Position numbers and translations under genes: made by a program. From assembly GCA_964016885.1 (NCBI GenBank), contig OZ024740.1:236282001-236346000 (forward strand): a stretch of 64,000 bases of DNA. The letters run 5' to 3'. Source of the DNA: Eledone cirrhosa. Lineage: Eukaryota. Under the pieces are notes generated by a model. That model worked only from the letters and a program-made list of their open reading frames with translations. It did not search any database and was not told where the DNA came from. Of the stretch, positions 58,146-64,000 are shown one piece after another (position 1 is the first letter of the stretch; every line of letters starts with the position of its first letter).

Positions 58146-58860
58146 AGGCAGACCAGTTCACCGAGCACCTCTGAGACATCCAGCTCGGCAGCCGACTACC
58201 AGTTGCCTGACACTTCCGCTCCACTGACACTCCTCCTGCAACCACACCATCTGTGACATTATTGCATGCTTCAGAGCCCCAGACCCATTTCTTACATATG
58301 AGCAGTGCACAATCTTTTCTCCAGACCTGGATCGGTAACAGTCTAAATTCCCCACTCCTCTTCCTGTAGCTCCTCCCCACACAACCCCACATGCTCCATC
58401 TCTCCAAAATCCACCTACACACATAAACCCAACACCACGAACAACCTACAACCCTCACATCACCATACACACACACACATACATAGAAACATACATGTAC
58501 ACACTCACATACATAGAAACATGAGAAAAAGTCACACACACACATTCACATACACACACTAACAGTTTACCTGTCATATCCATATGACCCTCTGTTCACT
58601 CCATCTACAGTACTAACTAACTAACTGACTCACCACCCCACTAATACCCCTAACCCCTTCCCACCTTCACTCCCTATCACCATACATACACCCCCTGCGC
58701 TCCCCTCCACCAACAACCTGCCTCATACATACTACTACTACTACTATACACACATGATGCTCACTCCCAACTCACATCTGTTTTGTGTGCGCGGCCACTT
58801 CTCCCTCTTCTCCTCCTCCTCCTCCACTTCCCCTCTGACCAAACCTCTCCTAGCTTCACT
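58146..58860 (+). mobile_element. Penelope-like element remnant (GIY-YIG C-terminal half plus trailer)
   Basis: Translation ADQFTEHL*DIQLGSRLPVA*HFRST resembles the PLE pattern RF.EHLRDI...PVA.HF. C/A-rich trailer. Confidence 0.6.
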
Positions 58861-58879
58861 CAAACGAATTTTCGACTAC

Positions 58880-59118
58880 GACAAAAAAACACACAGTCCA
58901 CGCTGTAATGTGGCCGTGTAGGTAACACGGTAAAAACCTCCCAGTCCACACTGTAAACGTGGTTGGTGTTGGGAAGGGCACCCAGCCATAGAAAACCCCC
59001 CAGACAGTCCTATACGAGCAGGACGACCAATCTTGCCTCAAGTGGGAAAACTCCCGTCCAAACCCATACAAGCTTGGAAGATGGACGTTAAACGATGATG
59101 ATGATGATGATGATGATG
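58880..59118 (+). mobile_element. RTE 3'-UTR fragment with (GAT)n tail
   Basis: CCAGTCCACACTGTAAA...GGAAGGGCACCCAGCCATAGAAA...CCAATCTTGCCTCAAGTGGG...GTTAAACGATGATGATG. Confidence 0.85.
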
Positions 59119-59400
59119 CTCTGAACTGGATTACATGGGAATACACCAACACACACACACAGACATACCCATATATAAACATACACACACACACACACAC
59201 ACATGTACATAAACTCTTTCCGCTACTGACCAAACACAACCACAGTGCTCACTTCCATACAAACATACACACACACACATACACAAGCATCTGACACACA
59301 TGTGGAAATACACACACGCGAAAACACTCATTCCCATAGATAGAAACAACAGAAAAAGTCACATACATACAGACACACACACACAGACATACCACAATAT

Positions 59401-59437
<37 letters not shown>

Positions 59438-59554
59438 TCCTTCTACTCTAACCTTCTCTGGCAACACATGCACTTCACTCATGATTCATCACAAACAGCT
59501 TCACCTTTTACTGAAATCACCCTCAACATCTCACATATATATATATTCGTAAAC

Positions 59555-59714
59555 GTAAACATGGTTGGTGTTAGGAAGGGCATCCAGCCGTAGAAAACCT
59601 GCCAGGCAGTCCTATATGAGCAAGACAACCAATCTTGCCTCAAGTGGGACAATTCCCATCTAAACCCATCCTAGCGTGGAAGATAGACATTAAACGATGA
59701 TGATGATGATAATG
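59555..59714 (+). mobile_element. RTE 3'-UTR fragment with (GAT)n tail
   Basis: Near copy of 58955-59118 and 46090-46229. Confidence 0.85.
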
Positions 59715-59719
59715 ATTCG

Positions 59720-59931
59720 ATCGACTTTCGTCAAATCGGACAGAGGAAACAATGTTTCCATTGGTCTTTCCAATTGCTAATACTATCTATTGGTCGCAAC
59801 ACGAGGTAGAAGGAGCAACGTGAAATAAAGTATCTTGCTCAAGGACACAACGCATCGCCTTGTCTGGGAATCGAAATCACAACCTCATGATTGTGAATCC
59901 AATTCTCTTACCACTCAGCCACGCGTCTTCA
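59720..59931 (-). mobile_element. tRNA-headed CORE-type SINE (second family)
   Basis: Minus strand: GCGTGGCTGAGTGGTAAGAG (A box), GATTTCGATTCCC (B box), then CORE-like TGTGTCCTTGAGCAAGATACTT. The 3' boundary is uncertain. Confidence 0.75.
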
Positions 59932-60033
59932 CAATCAACTCTAAATACATATATCAAACCCTAAATAGCCCAAATACCCCTAGTAGTTCCCTTGTAGCTG
60001 GGCTGCAGCAGTTCAGGTAAATGGCAGGTTTTA

Positions 60034-60172
60034 CAGCACAAATGATGTCTTCATACATTGCACAGCTCTCTAGACAAACTGAAGAGTTCTCTATACCCAA
60101 TATTGTCTCCATTCAACCACGAACCACTTTAGAGAATATACTAGGTACAATTTGTGATACCATCATTTTACT
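60034..60172. repeat. Dispersed repeat of about 140 bp, copy 2
   Basis: Matches 56858-56997. Confidence 0.85.
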
Positions 60173-60393
60173 GGGTAAGGGATAGGGGATACTAAGAGTG
60201 TCCCATTAGGACACCAGACATCATCTCATCCACTGTAAGTTAAAGGCAACCTCTCCATATAATCTCTGATCAGTGACCACTTTTACTTTTAGTGTTGCAG
60301 TGCTTGTACTGGTAGGTGGGGTCTATTGTAGTATGAGAAATCAACGGTCAACTCGAGCATTAAATCAATGATGATACATACATACATACTTAC

Positions 60394-60770
60394 ATAATGG
60401 CTGCCCCCTCGTTATCGAGTGTGGCCATTGCATGATATACCATTATTAATAATTATTAATTAATTCTATCGTGCAATGCCTGTGCGTGAAGATATTTTTT
60501 AAAGTGAAGAAAGACTGTGCACTGAGCCAATCCCACTCTCTGAGCGACAGTAGCTATAACCCAAAAAGAAGAAAAGATCAACATCATCAGTAACTACTCA
60601 GCTGCAGGTTTTATATCGGAGTTATCCCAGTTTCCTGAGTTGCCTTCTCCTAGAAGAATGCCCTGACAAAGGCTAGGAGTCCTTCACACCCAGTGGTTTA
60701 ACCGCGCGGTATATGTGTATATACATATTTACACACTTTTGGATGGGCGTTGACTCTTATGAGTTCTTCC
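60394..60770 (-). mobile_element. Non-autonomous RTE-related retroposon, tandem copy 1
   Basis: Near-identical to 60942-61467 and related to 37617-38012. (TACA)n tail on the left. Confidence 0.7.
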
Positions 60771-60941
60771 ATACTTACATACATACATACATGCATACAT
60801 ACTTATATACACATACATACATGCACACATACAAGCATAAATACATACATATATACATACATACATGCATACATACATGCATACAGATATACATACGTAC
60901 ATATATACATACATACATGCATATATACATATATATATACA

Positions 60942-61318
60942 TGATGATGGCTGCCCCCTCAATATCGAGTATGGCCATTGCACAATATAACATTATTAAT
61001 AATTAATTAATGCTATCATGGAATGTGTGTGCATGAAGATTTTTTTAAAGTGGGGAAAGACTGTGCACTGAGCCAATCCCACTCTCTGAGTGACAGTAGC
61101 TATAACCCGAAAAGAAGAAAAGATCAACATCGCCGGTAACTATTGAGCTGCTGGTTTTATGTCGGAGTTATCCCAGTTTCCTGAGTTGCCTTCTCCTAGA
61201 AGAATGCCCAGACAATGGCTAGGGGTCCTTCACTCCCAGTGGTTTAACCGCGCGATCGGGTATCCAGCCCGATTATTTCTATGTCCCCGTGCATATTCAT
61301 ACACATGCATACATGTAT

Positions 61319-61389
<71 letters not shown>

Positions 61390-61467
61390 TACACATGCAT
61401 ACATGTATATATATATATATTTACATACTTTTGGATGGCCGTTGACTCTTATGAGTTCTTCTGCCCT
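60942..61467 (-). mobile_element. Non-autonomous RTE-related retroposon, tandem copy 2, with an internal (TA)n expansion
   Basis: Same blocks as copy 1 plus an extra hairpin ATCGGG-TATCCAG-CCCGAT near 61255-61273. Confidence 0.7.
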
Positions 61468-61513
61468 TTGTCATATATATACATACATACCTACCTACCT
61501 ACATACATACGTA

Positions 61514-62094
61514 CATGATGGCTGTAACTCAATTTCAAATAATGCTTTCACTTGATTCTTAGGCATGAGCAGCACAGACATGGCTCTTTAGTCCTGCTAG
61601 AGACTTGCACAATCTTGCACATACGCTGCAACAATGGAGGCCTCTCACAGTAGGTGTTACAGTCCTATACTGTTGCACTTTCAAATGCCATTTCAGTCCA
61701 CCAACTGATGCACACTCTTTTCCATGCTCCCCACAAACAGAAAGGCCATACAATGCACAGTTGACAGTGTCCCCATGTACATAGCTTCTCTGATGACTTC
61801 TAAGGCCTGCCCTACTTAGACATAACCAGCCACATTCTTTACAGGTTAAATCAACTAAACTTAAGACTCTTATGAGCACACTGCGTGTCCGTTCATACTC
61901 AACACGGTTTCTTTTAAATTGTCCCCTCCCATCATGCACTGCCTTCCTCCATGAAAGTTGATCAAGAGCGAGGTTCTCCTAGTCATTCTCCAATATTTTC
62001 ATCTTCCTGAGTGTGCTTTTAGTGCAATCCCTGTACCTCAATTTTGGTTTGTGCACTGATCATTTACTTTCGACCAGCTCACCATACAAGATCT
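61514..62094 (-). mobile_element. RTE LINE 3' end with three C-terminal C2H2-like zinc fingers
   Basis: ILYGELVESK*SVHKPKLRYRDC...LALDQLSWRKAVHDG, then CKECGWLCLSRAGLRSH, CGEHGKECASVGGLKWH and CSVCARLCKSLAGLKSH. (ATGT)n tail. Confidence 0.85.
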
Positions 62095-62489
62095 ATACAT
62101 ATGTACAGAAAGTATATACACAAATGCATATATATATATATATACAAACACCCCTATTTTTGTATTATTGGCAACATGATACTCTCCCAGTATAACAATA
62201 TACACACATGCATATCTCTCTCTCTATATATATAAAGTCTACTTCAGTATTGAGTACTATTTTCTCTCGTCTGTCAACAACATATATATATTAAGAAAAG
62301 GGAGAGAGGTGGTATCCCATATTCAACTTCAGTTCATTACATCACACCTATTATGTACATTTCAAAGGAATCAAGAATTCATTATGTAACAGTTATCCAA
62401 TGTGTTGTTGTCAGGCAAGAAGTGTTTAAATTTAAATAATGTTTTATTTTCTTGTCTTTGCTTGCCATCGAAGAGACATTGACATTTCA

Positions 62490-62583
<94 letters not shown>

Positions 62584-62596
62584 GTATATATATATA

Positions 62597-62641
<45 letters not shown>
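62490..62641. repeat. (TA)n microsatellite
   Basis: Direct reading. Confidence 0.95.
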
Positions 62642-62646
<5 letters not shown>

Positions 62647-63144
62647 GAATAAGAAATTGCAATCAAGAGAGAAGGAGGGACAGAGAACAGGGAAATAAGG
62701 GAAAGAAATGTAACAGAAAGACAGAGTGAGAGAGATAAATGGAGTGAAACGATGATGGCGATGATGATGATGATGATGATGATAGTGTGTATGTATGCAT
62801 GCATGAATAGGCTGGGAAGTTGAAGCAATTAAAAAGAGATTTCTTTTTTCTAAAATTGATTCTAACATATAAACAATTCCATTGAAGAAACCTTCCCACC
62901 ACTCATCTTTAAAGTGTTACTTTACTTCGTATTTTTGTTGTTGTTTTGTCTTTTTATTTTCTCTTCATTGCCAAACTATTTTAGCAGTCATAGTACTGTT
63001 TTAGCATTCTATCAACCACACACCTGATTTCCTATTGTAACACCACAGAAAACACCTAATTATCACACTACATACACTTGTATAGGAAACCTATTACTTC
63101 TACCTCTGATTGTACACACACCTGCATGTATACAGAGATTGATA

Positions 63145-63163
63145 TATGTATGTTTGAGTGTGT

Positions 63164-63214
<51 letters not shown>

Positions 63215-63335
63215 CATATAGGTATGAACTATATATATATAATATATAATATATATATATAATAAGGAGTTGGCGGACCCAGCATATTTATCAATGCCAG
63301 GAACAGTTATATCTCAGCATACCCAATGGGCAATG

Positions 63336-63389
<54 letters not shown>

Positions 63390-63536
63390 TACATTGCCCA
63401 TATATATATATACATATATATGTGTGTGTGTGTGAGTGTGTTCATATATTTATATATATACATATATAAATGAAATGTATAGAAATATATATATATATAT
63501 ACATATATATGTGTGTGTGTTCATATAGGTATGAAC

Positions 63537-63568
<32 letters not shown>

Positions 63569-63635
63569 CAAAAATGTGTATGTGTGAGTGTGTGTGTATG
63601 TGTATATACATATGTATATATGTGTGTATACATAT

Positions 63636-63711
<76 letters not shown>

Positions 63712-63802
63712 ATATGTATATATACACACATATGTATATATACACACATATATACATATGTATATACACATACACACACACTCACACATACATATGTATA
63801 TA

Positions 63803-63840
<38 letters not shown>

Positions 63841-63870
63841 AATATACACATATGAATACATACACATACT
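63145..63870. repeat. Compound (TG)n/(TA)n microsatellite with internal direct and inverted duplications
   Basis: GTTCATATAGGTATGAAC twice (about 63212 and 63519). Inverted repeats at 63326-63401 and 63577-63792. Confidence 0.9.
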
Positions 63871-64000
63871 TTTACATGTGTATTCAAATTAATGTTTTTT
63901 ATATTTCTTACTAATTCTTACACTATCTCTTTCTGAAAGTCCTTCTTTGTAGTATTTATTCATGTTTAACATTCAAGCTAAGGGTGGTTACAGATTAACA

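Noticed and set aside
59860-59931. tRNA gene
   Set aside because: A and B boxes are present, but the sequence runs into a CORE-like SINE body without a proper acceptor stem.
61559-61939. Host C2H2 zinc-finger gene
   Set aside because: In frame with stop-interrupted RTE C-terminal motifs and followed by a retroposon tail.

Overview
Eukaryotic, repeat-dominated DNA with no intact protein-coding gene that I can support. The SINE, RTE and microsatellite content looks like an octopod/coleoid cephalopod genome; this is an inference from the repeat types. Bases 1-35.2 kb are one tandem array of a 49-bp C/A-rich unit (about 718 copies, running off the left edge) with nested higher-order duplications. 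The 2193-aa ORF inside it is a compositional artefact. Bases 35.2-64 kb are a mosaic of decayed mobile elements: 11 copies or fragments of one tRNA-derived SINE (six with clear TSDs), a CORE-type SINE, several RTE-clade LINE 3' ends, probable bipartite non-autonomous RTE derivatives, Penelope-like elements with GIY-YIG and hammerhead-ribozyme remnants, a truncated Helitron, an RLE-type (CRE-like) LINE end, piggyBac/hAT/pogo-like MITEs, a possible solo LTR and long (TA)n/(CA)n tracts. I found no convincing wholly new system. The best leads are the satellite architecture, a recursive-splice-site-like motif at 37.47 kb, the hammerhead remnants, the SINE target preference, the bipartite RTE derivatives and recurrent fold-back duplications around (TA)n tracts.
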